From NCBI GenBank assembly GCA_947505205.1, contig CANNKD010000001.1, positions 15,744 through 79,743 on the forward strand: a stretch of DNA of 64,000 nucleotides, given 5' to 3'. Source of the stretch: Bacteroidota bacterium. Its GTDB lineage: Bacteria; Bacteroidota; Bacteroidia; Bacteroidales; F082. The notes beneath the pieces were generated by a model. That model saw nothing but the letters and a program-made list of their open reading frames with translations, made no database searches and was not told where the DNA came from. Shown here piece after piece: positions 18,846 to 29,058 of this stretch. A program made the translations under genes and the position numbers. Within the stretch, counting starts at the first letter, position 1, and every line of letters starts with the position of its first letter.

Positions 18846-19070
18846 TCAGAATAATATCCTAGTTAAAAGAAAGAAGAGAAAAATTATGCCAGTTAATGTG
18901 AGGTAGGAGTAAGGATTAGCAAAATTAACCGTCCAACCTAATCCGGGAATTCTTTTCGGCGGAAAAATCCTTTTGTCCATTTTGTTATAATAAAACAATC
19001 CCCATTTCCAATTGTCAGGATTATCATGCGAATCCCATTTTTCTTTTAGTATTTTGCCTTGCTTTTTCAT
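18846..19070 (-). CDS. Small membrane protein, DUF5808-like
   Basis: 74 aa. WKWGLFYYNKMDKRIFPPKR...GWTVNFANP followed by one C-terminal TM helix. Confidence 0.55.
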   Translation of the reverse strand: MKKQGKILKEKWDSHDNPDNWKWGLFYYNKMDKRIFPPKRIPGLGWTVNFANPYSYLTLTGIIFLFFLLTRILF

Positions 19071-19092
19071 ATCTTTATACTTCTTTTTGCAA

Positions 19093-19100
19093 CAAAGTTA
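19093..19100 (-). promoter_or_regulatory. -7 promoter element TAacTTTG (minus strand)
   Basis: Plus strand reads CAAAgtTA, 23 nt upstream of ATG 19070. Confidence 0.35.
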
Positions 19101-19163
19101 ATCACTTACAATTTAAAATGATTCTAAATTTATTAAATAATGCAGCTATAAAATAAAACTACT

Positions 19164-19171
19164 TACTTTTG
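19164..19171 (+). promoter_or_regulatory. -7 promoter element TActTTTG upstream of the hox operon
   Basis: TAnnTTTG, 61 nt upstream of the hoxF ATG. Confidence 0.3.
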
Positions 19172-19231
19172 CTGTGAAATAAATAACAATAAAGTTAAAA
19201 GAATAACAATAGAATTTCAAATCTTTGATAA

Positions 19232-21043
19232 ATGGAAAACACCATTACAAACATCATCGAAAAATACAATAACGATCCATTGCGACTCATGGACATTCTG
19301 ATCGATATCCAGGAGAATTTTGGGTTTATTGGAAATGATGCAGTTAAAGAAATCGCTTTGGCTTTGAATATGTCTGAAGTTGACGTCGAGCAAACGATCA
19401 CTTTTTATCATTTTCTTAGTACTGAACCACGTGGTAAATACGCTATTTATCTCAATAACAGTGTTGTATCCATCATGTATGGTCAAAAAACAATCAAAGC
19501 TACATTCGAAAAGGAAGTTGGAATTAGTTTTGGCCAGGTTACAGCTGATGGTTCTATAGGTTTGTTCGATACGGCTTGTATCGGAATGAATGACCAGGAA
19601 CCGGCGGCTATCATAAATAACCATGTTTTTACCAAATTAACGCCGTACCGTGTACGCGAGATTGTTAAAAGTATGCGACAAGGTAAAGATATGGATGAGC
19701 TGATCAACGAAAGTTATGGTGATGGTAAAAATCATTTGCCAAGTCTTAAGTCAATGGTATCGAGTAATATACGTCGCAAAGGAATGGTTCTCTCTGATAA
19801 TTACGTTTATGGCTCAGTCACAAAATTGATGTTACCAAATTTATCGCCGGAAGCGGTTATTCAAGAAATAAAAACGAGTCATATTCGTGGACGTGGTGGT
19901 GCAGGTTTCCCCACAGGATTGAAGTGGGAATTCTGCCGCAGGGCAAAAGGCGATAACCATTTTGTAATTTGTAATGCTGATGAAGGTGAGCCGGGAACAT
20001 TTAAAGATCGTGTTATTCTGACAGAGAAACCGGAATTGGTTTTTGAAGGAATGGTTCTTGCGGGCTATGCAATCGGCAGTGATGAAGGCATTCTATATTT
20101 ACGTTACGAATACCGATATATGAAAGAATATCTGGAGGATGTTATTTCTACTATGTTGAAAAACAATCTTTTGGGTTCAAATATCGCCGGAATTGATGGG
20201 TTTAATTTTGATATCAGGATTCAGTTTGGTGCCGGCGCTTATGTTTGTGGTGAAGAATCGGCATTGCTTGAGTCACTTGAAGGTAAAAGAGGCGAACCAA
20301 GAGACAAACCACCATTTCCGGTGGAAAAAGGATACCTGAACCAGCCAACAATTATTAACAATGTTGAAACATTTGCCACGGCTGTCCGCATTGTTGAGAA
20401 TGGTGGCGAATGGTTTACGCAATTTGGAACTGAGGATTCAACGGGTACCAAAATACTCAGTATATCTGGCGATTGTCTGTTCCCCGGTGTTTATGAAGTG
20501 AACTGGGGTTTCAATGTGAACGATATGCTCGATATGGTTGGTGCGTACGATGTGCAGGCGGTACAGGTTGGTGGTCCATCAGGAACATTAATCGGACCTG
20601 ACGAGTTTCATCGAACATTGGGTTATTCTGATTTATCAACCGGTGGATCGATGATTATTTTCGGAATGCAACGCAATCTTTTACAGGATGTGGTTTTAAA
20701 TTTCATGGAATTCTTTATCGACGAATCGTGTGGATCCTGCAGCACATGCCGCAATATGCCTCATGTTTTGAAAAATAAACTCGAGAAGATTATAAATGGA
20801 AAAGGCGTAAAAGGTGATCTTGCCGATCTCAAAGAATGGAGTAAAGTATTGAATGCCAGTAGATGTGGCTTAGGTCAGACCGCAGCAAATCCCATTATCA
20901 GCAGCTTGAAAAATTTCAGACATCTATATGAGAATCTGCTTCAGCGTGACAAAGAATTCGATCAGGGTTTTGATCTAATAACTTCGGTTCAACGTTCCTG
21001 TAAATACGTCAAGCGAGTGCCAAAATTTCATCCCATCGAATAA
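19232..21043 (+). CDS. hoxF: NAD-reducing hydrogenase diaphorase subunit HoxF (NuoE-like N-terminal domain fused to NuoF-like FMN/NAD/[4Fe-4S] module)
   Basis: FMN motif GRGGAGFPTGLKW, NADH motif GAGAYVCGEESALLESLEG, cluster motif ESCGSCSTCR...CGLG. The N-terminal ~150 aa are thioredoxin-like and NuoE-like. Confidence 0.9.
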   Translation: MENTITNIIEKYNNDPLRLMDILIDIQENFGFIGNDAVKEIALALNMSEVDVEQTITFYHFLSTEPRGKYAIYLNNSVVSIMYGQKTIKATFEKEVGISFGQVTADGSIGLFDTACIGMNDQEPAAIINNHVFTKLTPYRVREIVKSMRQGKDMDELINESYGDGKNHLPSLKSMVSSNIRRKGMVLSDNYVYGSVTKLMLPNLSPEAVIQEIKTSHIRGRGGAGFPTGLKWEFCRRAKGDNHFVICNADEGEPGTFKDRVILTEKPELVFEGMVLAGYAIGSDEGILYLRYEYRYMKEYLEDVISTMLKNNLLGSNIAGIDGFNFDIRIQFGAGAYVCGEESALLESLEGKRGEPRDKPPFPVEKGYLNQPTIINNVETFATAVRIVENGGEWFTQFGTEDSTGTKILSISGDCLFPGVYEVNWGFNVNDMLDMVGAYDVQAVQVGGPSGTLIGPDEFHRTLGYSDLSTGGSMIIFGMQRNLLQDVVLNFMEFFIDESCGSCSTCRNMPHVLKNKLEKIINGKGVKGDLADLKEWSKVLNASRCGLGQTAANPIISSLKNFRHLYENLLQRDKEFDQGFDLITSVQRSCKYVKRVPKFHPIE

Positions 21044-21100
21044 TAAGTTCATTATATATAGATAATAATCAATTGATTATAATTTTGAAAATTTAATGCA

Positions 21101-21793
21101 ATGAGTAATCTGGTAAAATTTAAAATAGATGGCACAGAGTGTATGGCCGAAAAAGGAAGTTATATCGTTGACGCTGCACTCGAAAATGGAATATATATTC
21201 CCACACTCTGCAATATGCCCGGAGTGAAGCCGAAAGGAGCATGTCGTGTGTGCTCGGTGAGAATCAATGGTAGGTTAATGACTTCGTGCACAACACCTGT
21301 TTCTGATGGTATGGAAATTGAAAGCAATTCAGCTGATATTTTGGATCTACGAAAGGCGATTATCGAATTAATGTTTGTAAGTGGTAATCATTTTTGCCCA
21401 TCTTGCGAAAAAAGTGGTAACTGTGAGCTTCAGGCACTTGGATACCGCTACAAAATGATGGTTCCGCGTTTTCTATATGATTTTCCAGTCCGAAAAGTAG
21501 ATGCTTCATCGCCCAAAATCATTAAAGATCAGAATCGGTGCATACAATGTAAAAGATGTATCAAAACTATCAAAGACGAACAAGGCAGATCTTTATTTGC
21601 ATTCCATAAAAGGGGGCATGATCTGGAAGTTATTCTCGATCAGGATCTTGGTAAGAAAATCACCGAAGAACTTGCTGATTTGGCAATGAAAAATTGTCCG
21701 GTAGGTTCCATCATAAAAAAAGAAAAAGGTTTTGAACAAGCTATTGGAAGACGAATGTACGATCATCAACCAATTGGAATTGAAGATAAGTAA
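21101..21793 (+). CDS. hoxU: Diaphorase Fe-S subunit HoxU (NuoG N-terminal-like: 2Fe-2S plus 4Fe-4S clusters)
   Basis: CNMPGVKPKGACRVCSV...C (2Fe-2S), HFCPSCEKSGNCELQ (His-ligated 4Fe-4S), CIQCKRCIK...CPVG (4Fe-4S). Confidence 0.9.
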   Translation: MSNLVKFKIDGTECMAEKGSYIVDAALENGIYIPTLCNMPGVKPKGACRVCSVRINGRLMTSCTTPVSDGMEIESNSADILDLRKAIIELMFVSGNHFCPSCEKSGNCELQALGYRYKMMVPRFLYDFPVRKVDASSPKIIKDQNRCIQCKRCIKTIKDEQGRSLFAFHKRGHDLEVILDQDLGKKITEELADLAMKNCPVGSIIKKEKGFEQAIGRRMYDHQPIGIEDK

Positions 21794-21814
21794 TAAATGA
21801 AGGAGGAACAGAAA

Positions 21815-22363
21815 ATGAGTAAACCCATTTTGGCAACAACATCACTGGCAGGCTGCTTCGGCTGTCATATGTCAATTTTAGATATTGATGAAAGGATTTT
21901 GCAACTGATTGAATTGGTTGAGTTTAACAAATCTCCAATTAATGATATCAAAACGTTTACAAAAGCTGTCGATATTGGAATCATCGAAGGTGGTTGTTGT
22001 AACAGCGAAAATGTTGAAATATTGAAATACTTTCGGAAAAACTGTAAAATACTTATTTCTATTGGCGAATGCGCCATCATGGGAGGCTTACCGGCTCTGC
22101 GGAATGGTATTCCGATTGAAGAATGTATTCATGAAGCATACATCGGGGGCCCAACCGTTCAATTAAATAAAAATCACATTCTTCCGAATGACGATGAACT
22201 TCCCATGTTGTTAGATCGGGTTTATCCGTGTCACGAAATCGTGAAGATAGATTATTTTTTACCGGGTTGTCCACCTCAGGCCGATCTCATCTGGAATGCT
22301 TTGGTTGCACTCATCACTGGTGATCCGATGAAGCTGCCTTATGAAGTTATAAAATTTGATTAA
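21815..22363 (+). CDS. hoxY: [NiFe] hydrogenase small subunit HoxY (NuoB/20-kDa-like, single proximal cluster)
   Basis: LAGCFGCHMS, GECAIMGG and LPGCPP motifs. AAGGAGG lies 8 nt upstream of ATG 21815. An alternative start at 21797 adds 6 codons. Confidence 0.88.
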   Translation: MSKPILATTSLAGCFGCHMSILDIDERILQLIELVEFNKSPINDIKTFTKAVDIGIIEGGCCNSENVEILKYFRKNCKILISIGECAIMGGLPALRNGIPIEECIHEAYIGGPTVQLNKNHILPNDDELPMLLDRVYPCHEIVKIDYFLPGCPPQADLIWNALVALITGDPMKLPYEVIKFD

Positions 22364-22381
22364 CGAAAAAGTTTTTGAATC

Positions 22382-23833
22382 ATGTCGAAAAAAATAACGA
22401 TTGAACCTGTAACACGCGTGGAAGGCCATGGAAAGGTAACCATCCATATCGATAATCAGGGAAATATAACGCAAAGTCGCTTACATATTGTTGAGTTTCG
22501 CGGGTTTGAAAGGTTTGTTCAGGGACGACCATATTGGGAAGCTCCAGTGTTGGTTCAACGATTGTGTGGAATTTGTCCGGTCAGTCACCATTTGGCTGCT
22601 GCAAAAGCACTCGATGTAATTGTTGGTGCCGGAACGGGTGAAGGATTAACCCCAACCGGTGAGAAAATGCGCCGTTTGATGCATTACGGACAATTTTTTC
22701 AGTCTCATGCGCTGCATTTCTTTCACCTCAGCTCACCCGATTTATTATTTGGAATCGATAGTGATCCGGCAACCAGAAATATTATTGGTGTGGCGTTGAC
22801 ATACCCCGAATTGGCCGTTCAAGGCGTGATGATGCGAAAATTTGGACAGGAAATCATCAGAGCAACAGCCGGTAAAAAAATTCATGGTACAGGAGCGATC
22901 CCCGGTGGAATCAATAAAAACCTGAGTATCGAAGAACGTGATGAATTTCTATTAGGTGCTGACCCTTTGAATGCTGATAAAATGGTAGATTGGGCTGAAG
23001 GTGCACTCGATTTCTTTAAAAATTATTACGCCTCCAATAAAAGTTTTGTCGATGGATTCGCTTCTTTCCCAAGTAACCATTTGAGTTTGGTGAGAAAAGA
23101 TGGAGCATTGGATCTTTATCATGGTGTTTTGCGTGCAGTTGATACTGAAGGCAATAAAATACTTCATGATGTTGATTATCAAGAATATGTAAACTATATT
23201 GAAGAAGAAGTGCGTACATGGAGTTATATGAAATTTCCTTATTTGAAAGATATTGGGAAAGAAAATGGCTGGTATCGTGTTGGTCCTTTGGCACGTTTAA
23301 ACACGGTAGATTTTATACCGACACCACTTGCACAACGCGAATTTGAAATTTACAAGGCACTCACAAATGGCAAACCGAATAATCATTGTTTACATACACA
23401 TTATGCACGTCTGATCGAAACCTTGCATGCTGCTGAAATGATTCGTGAGTTGCTAAATGATCCAGATCTGCTTGGTAATGAACTTGTTACTAAGGGTATA
23501 AAACATAAAGAAGGTGTTGGTGTGATTGAAGCGCCGCGTGGGACATTGTTCCACCATTATCGCATCAATGATAACGATCAAATAGAAATGGCGAATCTCA
23601 TTGTTTCGACAACACATAATAATGAGCCGATGAATCGCTCTGTAAATTATGTTGCAAAGGCAGTTATGACTGGTAAAGAAGTGATTACAGAAGGAATGAT
23701 GAATGCGGTTGAAGTTGCTATTCGTGCTTATGATCCTTGTTTAAGTTGCGCAACACACGCACTTGGAAAAATGCCTTTGGAGATTACACTCGTGAATGAA
23801 TTTGACGAGATCATCGATCGAAAGAGAAGCTAA
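22382..23833 (+). CDS. hoxH: [NiFe] hydrogenase large subunit HoxH (group 3 bidirectional type)
   Basis: N-terminal RLCGICPVSH and C-terminal DPCLSCATH Ni-Fe ligand motifs. A 24-aa tail after the His is consistent with endopeptidase processing. Confidence 0.95.
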   Translation: MSKKITIEPVTRVEGHGKVTIHIDNQGNITQSRLHIVEFRGFERFVQGRPYWEAPVLVQRLCGICPVSHHLAAAKALDVIVGAGTGEGLTPTGEKMRRLMHYGQFFQSHALHFFHLSSPDLLFGIDSDPATRNIIGVALTYPELAVQGVMMRKFGQEIIRATAGKKIHGTGAIPGGINKNLSIEERDEFLLGADPLNADKMVDWAEGALDFFKNYYASNKSFVDGFASFPSNHLSLVRKDGALDLYHGVLRAVDTEGNKILHDVDYQEYVNYIEEEVRTWSYMKFPYLKDIGKENGWYRVGPLARLNTVDFIPTPLAQREFEIYKALTNGKPNNHCLHTHYARLIETLHAAEMIRELLNDPDLLGNELVTKGIKHKEGVGVIEAPRGTLFHHYRINDNDQIEMANLIVSTTHNNEPMNRSVNYVAKAVMTGKEVITEGMMNAVEVAIRAYDPCLSCATHALGKMPLEITLVNEFDEIIDRKRS

Positions 23834-23837
23834 AAAC

Positions 23838-24323
23838 ATGACAAAACATAGGCGAATCCTTATTTATGGTTATGGAAATCCGGGACGTCAGGATGATGGT
23901 TTGGGTGCTGCTTTTATCAGAAAGATGGAGAATTGGATTAGCCAGAATAAGTTTATCGGAATAAATCTGGATTGCAATTACCAATTAAACATTGAGGATG
24001 CCGAAGTGATATCTGGAATGGAATTGGTCGTGTTTGTCGATGCTTCAATAGAAGAAATTGAAGATTTTACCTTTACAAGGGTTGATGGTTCTTCTGCAAA
24101 AGTAGAGTTTAGTATGCATGCTGTTTCACCCGCGTTTGTTGTTGATCTCTGTAAAAAAATATTCAAAGAAGTTCCGCAAACCTACTTATTGCATATCAAG
24201 GGTTATGAATGGGACTTTAAGGAAGAAATCAGCGAAAAAGCAATGCTGAATCTTGAAAAGGCATTTGAATTTCTGACGATGAAGTTATTGAATGAAGAAC
24301 TTGGTAGTCAAGTGATTAGTTAA
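23838..24323 (+). CDS. hoxW: Hydrogenase maturation endopeptidase (HoxW/HybD family)
   Basis: ILIYGYGNPGRQDDGLG N-terminus typical of HybD/HoxW proteases. Start is at ATG 23838, 2 nt after the hoxH stop. Confidence 0.85.
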   Translation: MTKHRRILIYGYGNPGRQDDGLGAAFIRKMENWISQNKFIGINLDCNYQLNIEDAEVISGMELVVFVDASIEEIEDFTFTRVDGSSAKVEFSMHAVSPAFVVDLCKKIFKEVPQTYLLHIKGYEWDFKEEISEKAMLNLEKAFEFLTMKLLNEELGSQVIS

Positions 24324-24342
24324 CTTTTAAACATGAATCAAC

Positions 24343-25329
24343 ATGATTAATTTGACAACTTCGTATATGGGACTCACTATCAAAAATCCCATCATTGCAA
24401 GTAGTTCAAGACTGACAAGCACGGTTAGCAATGTGGTTGCCTGTGCTTTGGCTGGTGCCGGGGCTGTAGTTTTGAAATCTATTTTCGAGGAACAAATTGT
24501 TGCGCGTGCTACCCAAAAAACCATGCGTGATGAAATGTATTTTTGGTATCCTGAGGCCAGCGATCATATTATTAACCTCGGTAAAAAAAGCGGAATGGAT
24601 GAGTACCTTCAATTTGTCAGTGAGGCGAAAGCTGCCGTTAACATTCCAATAATTGCAAGTATTAATTGTGTGAGTCCGGTTGAGTGGCCAAAATATGCTA
24701 CAAAATTACAAGATGCCGGAGCCGATGCTATCGAATTAAACATTGCCATTTTTCCTTTCGATAAAAATGTGAGTAGTTTGCAGATTGAGGATACTTACGT
24801 TGAGATTTTCACAGAAGTGAAAAAATATGTGACTATTCCTGTTTCCGTAAAGCTCGGAGCTCATTTTACGAATATTCATAATATCACGTATCGCTTAGCT
24901 GACGCCGGTGCCGATGCATTGGTATTATTCAATCGATTCTACAATCCTGATATTGATATTGCTGATATAAAAGTAGTTGCGGAGAATGTTTTCTCAAGTC
25001 CGGATGAAAAATCTGTTTCAATGCGTTGGATTGCTTTGTTGCATGCCGATGGCATTCCTTGTGATTTGTCTGCGTCAACCGGAATTCACTATGCATCATG
25101 CGTGGTCAAACAATTATTGGCCGGCGCAACTGTAACGCAGGTTTGCACAACCTTGTACCAAAATGGAATTCCTTATATCGCAGATTTAGTTTCAGGTTTA
25201 GAGGTATGGATGACTAAAAATCAATTTAAATCCATAAACGACTTCAGAGGACTGGTAAATAAACAGCAGGAAAGTACCGCTGCTTTTGAACGGATTCAAT
25301 TTTTGAAAAAGAATTTTGACGAATTATAG
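24343..25329 (+). CDS. Dihydroorotate dehydrogenase-like TIM-barrel flavoprotein (catalytic Cys/Ser motif absent)
   Basis: DHOD class-1-like fold signatures (NPIIASSS, GAGAVVLKS, ASTGI, GATVTQVCT). ELNIAIFPFD replaces the canonical ELN-x-SCPN. Confidence 0.8.
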   Translation: MINLTTSYMGLTIKNPIIASSSRLTSTVSNVVACALAGAGAVVLKSIFEEQIVARATQKTMRDEMYFWYPEASDHIINLGKKSGMDEYLQFVSEAKAAVNIPIIASINCVSPVEWPKYATKLQDAGADAIELNIAIFPFDKNVSSLQIEDTYVEIFTEVKKYVTIPVSVKLGAHFTNIHNITYRLADAGADALVLFNRFYNPDIDIADIKVVAENVFSSPDEKSVSMRWIALLHADGIPCDLSASTGIHYASCVVKQLLAGATVTQVCTTLYQNGIPYIADLVSGLEVWMTKNQFKSINDFRGLVNKQQESTAAFERIQFLKKNFDEL

Positions 25330-25339
25330 GATTGATAAA

Positions 25340-28150
25340 TCAGGACAATTTATCTCGGATTGCTGCTGCCGTATAAGAATCCTTACAAAGGATAAGTTGT
25401 TCAGGCGTGCCTTCGAAAACGATTTTACCACCATTAACACCTCCTTCAGGCCCAAGGTCAATCACCCAATCTGCTGATTTGATGATTTCTGGATTATGTT
25501 CAATGATCATGAGTGAATGGCCATTCTCAATCAAGGCCTGAAACGATTGTAAAAGTTTATGGATATCATGAAAGTGAAGTCCGGTTGTTGGTTCATCAAA
25601 AATGAAAAGCGTGGCAACTTCATTCGTTCCCTTGGTTAAAAAGTAAGCTAACTTTATACGCTGGGCTTCGCCACCACTCAGTGTGTTAGATGATTGACCT
25701 AAACGCAGATAACCCAATCCAACCTCTTTTAAAGGTGTAAGTTTGGCAATGATTTTTGGAATTAAGCTTGATTGCCTTCTGTGTTCTTCAAATAGCTCAC
25801 AAGCATCATCAACCGTTAAATTAAGGATATCGGCGATGTTATGTTTTTCGAATGTGATGTCAAGAACTTCTTCTTTGAACCTTTTTCCGTGGCAGACATC
25901 ACATTCCAGATAAACATCGGCCATAAACTGCATCTCAATTTTAACGGTTCCTTCGCCTTCACAGGCATCACAACGGCCGCCGGGTACGTTGAAAGAGAAA
26001 TATCCTGGTTTGTAATTTCTCTTTTTAGCCAATTTCTGATCAGCAAACAATAATCTGATTTCATCAAATGCTTTGACATAGGTTGCCGGATTTGATCGTG
26101 ATGATCGTCCGATCGGGTTCTGGTCGATGAGTTCGATACCTTTTACCTGCTCCAAATCACCTTTCAATTCTCCAAACCTACCTGTTTTGTCAACGCTTCC
26201 GCCCAATAATCGTCTGATTGCCGGAAAAAGTATTCCTCTGATCAGCGAAGATTTGCCTGAACCACTCACGCCGGTTATCACAGTCATTATATTAAGCGGT
26301 AATTTCACATCAAAAAACTGCAGATTATTCTCACATGCACCTTTGATCTCAATGAAATTGCGCCATGATCTGCGTCTGGCAGGCAATTCAATTTTTTTCT
26401 TTCCTGATAAATACTGACCTGTTAAGCTAATTTCAGACTTCAATATCTCACTAAATATACCTTGAAAAACTAATTCGCCACCATGACTTCCAGCCAATGG
26501 GCCAATATCAATTACCTGATCCGCAGCCTTGATAATGTCTTCATCATGTTCAACCACAATCACCGTATTGCCGATATCCCGTAATCGTTTTAATATTTCA
26601 ATGAGGCGAAACGTATCGTGCGTATGCAGTCCGATACTTGGTTCATCGAGTATATAAGTTGAGCCTACCAAACTGCTGCCCAAAGAAGTTGCCAAATTGA
26701 TTCGCTGTGACTCGCCCCCGGAAAGTGTGTTTGAAAGGCGGTTTAAGGTTAGATATCCCAAACCAACATCGGTGAGAAACTTTAACCGGTTTATTATTTC
26801 GATGAGCAAGCGCGATGAAATTTCGCGATCAGTTTTTGCTAAGTTTATATTTCTAAAAAAATTAAGTGCTTCATCTATAGGCATGAGAACAATTTCGGTG
26901 ATACTTTTACCGCCAACTTTGACGTATGCGGCATCTTTGCGCAATCGTGTTCCTTCGCACTCCGGACAAATCGTTTTACCACGATATCTCGACAACATCA
27001 CGCGATACTGGATTTTAAAACTTTGCTCTTCAATTTCAGCAAAAAACTGATTCAATCCACCGAAAAAGGCATTCCCTGTCCAGAGAAGTTTTTGCTGTTC
27101 CCTGGACAATGCATAATAAGGTTTGTGAATTGGAAAATCAAATTTTGAAGATGCGCTGATCAATTGATCGCGCCAGGCACCCATTTTCTCGCCTTTCCAG
27201 CATGCAATGGCGTATTCGTAAATGGTAAGTCCTTTGTTTGGAATTACTAAATCTTCATCAATTCCAATGATGGTGCCAAATCCTTCGCAGGTTTTACAAG
27301 CACCGTAAGGATTATTGAAAGTGAACATATTCACAGTTGGTTCCTCAAAGGTGATTCCATCAGCTTCAAATTTATTTGAAAATATGTTCTCAGTCAATGA
27401 GTTAACGCTTTCCTGGAAAATATGACAATAACCCTTTCCTTCATAAAAAGCTGTTTGTACGGAATCTGAAAGCCTGTTTGTCAGGTCTTCATCTTTTACT
27501 TTTATCTTAATCCTGTCGATTAAAATAAAAATGAGGTCATTTTCTTTTATTGTTTCCGATTGCAAAACATCTTCAATTCTTGAAATAATATTATTGACCA
27601 ATAACCTTGTAAAACCCTGTTGAAGAAGAACTGTCAGATGTTCAATGACTGTTCTGTTAGCAACTTTGCGAAAAGGAGAAGCGATATACACATTGGTTTC
27701 TGACGGCATTTTAAAGATAAAATCGACCACATCGCTTACTTTGTGTCGTTTGACAACTGTTTCTGAAAGAGGTGAATAGGTTATTCCAATTCGGGCAAAA
27801 AGAAGTTTAATATATTCATAAATTTCAGTAGAAGTGCCAACGGTTGATCTCGGATTACGGGAATTCACTTTTTGCTCAATGGCGATGGCAGGAGAGAGTC
27901 CACTAATCAAATCAACATCCGGTTTGTGCATCCTTCCCAAAAATTGGCGGGCGTAGGAACTCAAACTTTCTACATACCGTCTCTGACCCTCAGCATATAA
28001 CGTATCAAACGCCAATGAAGATTTCCCGGAACCTGATAAACCAGTCAAAACGATGAATTTGTTTCGTGGAATTGATAAACTGATGTTTTTCAGGTTGTTA
28101 ACCCGTGCACCTTTGATCGTTATTTGAGAAGAATTATAAATTTGTGTCAT
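25340..28150 (-). CDS. uvrA: Excinuclease ABC subunit A
   Basis: 936 aa. Two ABC ATPase modules ([18 protein letters not shown]; LSGGE x2) and CxxC zinc modules. Confidence 0.96.
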   Translation of the reverse strand: MTQIYNSSQITIKGARVNNLKNISLSIPRNKFIVLTGLSGSGKSSLAFDTLYAEGQRRYVESLSSYARQFLGRMHKPDVDLISGLSPAIAIEQKVNSRNPRSTVGTSTEIYEYIKLLFARIGITYSPLSETVVKRHKVSDVVDFIFKMPSETNVYIASPFRKVANRTVIEHLTVLLQQGFTRLLVNNIISRIEDVLQSETIKENDLIFILIDRIKIKVKDEDLTNRLSDSVQTAFYEGKGYCHIFQESVNSLTENIFSNKFEADGITFEEPTVNMFTFNNPYGACKTCEGFGTIIGIDEDLVIPNKGLTIYEYAIACWKGEKMGAWRDQLISASSKFDFPIHKPYYALSREQQKLLWTGNAFFGGLNQFFAEIEEQSFKIQYRVMLSRYRGKTICPECEGTRLRKDAAYVKVGGKSITEIVLMPIDEALNFFRNINLAKTDREISSRLLIEIINRLKFLTDVGLGYLTLNRLSNTLSGGESQRINLATSLGSSLVGSTYILDEPSIGLHTHDTFRLIEILKRLRDIGNTVIVVEHDEDIIKAADQVIDIGPLAGSHGGELVFQGIFSEILKSEISLTGQYLSGKKKIELPARRRSWRNFIEIKGACENNLQFFDVKLPLNIMTVITGVSGSGKSSLIRGILFPAIRRLLGGSVDKTGRFGELKGDLEQVKGIELIDQNPIGRSSRSNPATYVKAFDEIRLLFADQKLAKKRNYKPGYFSFNVPGGRCDACEGEGTVKIEMQFMADVYLECDVCHGKRFKEEVLDITFEKHNIADILNLTVDDACELFEEHRRQSSLIPKIIAKLTPLKEVGLGYLRLGQSSNTLSGGEAQRIKLAYFLTKGTNEVATLFIFDEPTTGLHFHDIHKLLQSFQALIENGHSLMIIEHNPEIIKSADWVIDLGPEGGVNGGKIVFEGTPEQLILCKDSYTAAAIRDKLS

Positions 28151-28180
28151 GAAAATGATCCGGTTCCAAAATATTTTTCA

Positions 28181-28188
28181 CAAAATTA
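28181..28188 (-). promoter_or_regulatory. -7 promoter element TAatTTTG (minus strand)
   Basis: Plus strand reads CAAAatTA, 31 nt upstream of the uvrA ATG. Confidence 0.35.
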
Positions 28189-28220
28189 CCAATAATACTT
28201 GCTATTTCTATTTATCTGAT

Positions 28221-28228
28221 TACATTTG
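28221..28228 (+). promoter_or_regulatory. -7 promoter element TAcaTTTG
   Basis: TAnnTTTG, 104 nt upstream of the sigma factor ATG. Confidence 0.25.
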
Positions 28229-28331
28229 CTTTGAAATTCATAATTGATAGCCAAAAAAAACTATACAAAGGAGATATTTATCGAATAACTTTTACCCTTT
28301 AATTCTTAATTCATTAAAAAAGGGAGGCTCA

Positions 28332-28919
28332 ATGGACGCTCAGATTCAAAGCGACAAGGAGCTGGTAGAAGGTTATCTTTCAGGTAAACAATCCAGTTTC
28401 GAACAGTTGGTTAATCGTCATCAATCAAGGGTTTTTTCATACATCCTGATGCTTGTCAAAGACAGGCAGCTTGCTGATGATATTTTTCAGGATACTTTCA
28501 TTAAAATTGTACGGACAATTAAAAGTGGCGCTTACAAAGAGGAAGGTAAGTTTATCCAATGGGCAATGCGAATTGCGCATAACCTGACCATCGATCATTT
28601 CCGGAAATCGAAAAGAATTCCATATTCTGACAAAAGTAGTGAAGAGATGGCCTTAACAAACAACTTGAATTATTCTGACGATTCAGTCGAGTTTCAAATT
28701 GTTACTGATCAGATACATAATGATATACGAACATTAATTGATTATCTTCCCGAAGAGCAGCGTGAGGTTCTTTATCTTAGGATGTATGAAGAAGTCAGTT
28801 TCAAAGAAATTGCAGAAATGACCAATGTCAGTATCAATACTGCTCTTGGTAGGATGCGTTATGCTTTGATTAATATGCGTAAGATGGTAAAAGAGAAAAA
28901 TGTAAGTATCACTTACTGA
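28332..28919 (+). CDS. RNA polymerase sigma-70 family factor, ECF-type
   Basis: Region 2 (DIFQDTFIKIV...WAMRIAHNLTIDHFRK) and region 4 (EQREVLYLRMYEEVSFKEIAEMTNVSINTALGRMRYA). Confidence 0.9.
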   Translation: MDAQIQSDKELVEGYLSGKQSSFEQLVNRHQSRVFSYILMLVKDRQLADDIFQDTFIKIVRTIKSGAYKEEGKFIQWAMRIAHNLTIDHFRKSKRIPYSDKSSEEMALTNNLNYSDDSVEFQIVTDQIHNDIRTLIDYLPEEQREVLYLRMYEEVSFKEIAEMTNVSINTALGRMRYALINMRKMVKEKNVSITY

Positions 28920-29058
28920 ACTTCATACAAAGCTTAACTGAATGAACCAAATTTTAATATTTATAAGATGTTAATTCCGGTTTGAATTTTTCTTTCAGAA
29001 TGTAATAAATTGGATTGATTGTGCGTTACCTTGACAGTTAATAACCAAAATTTTGCGT

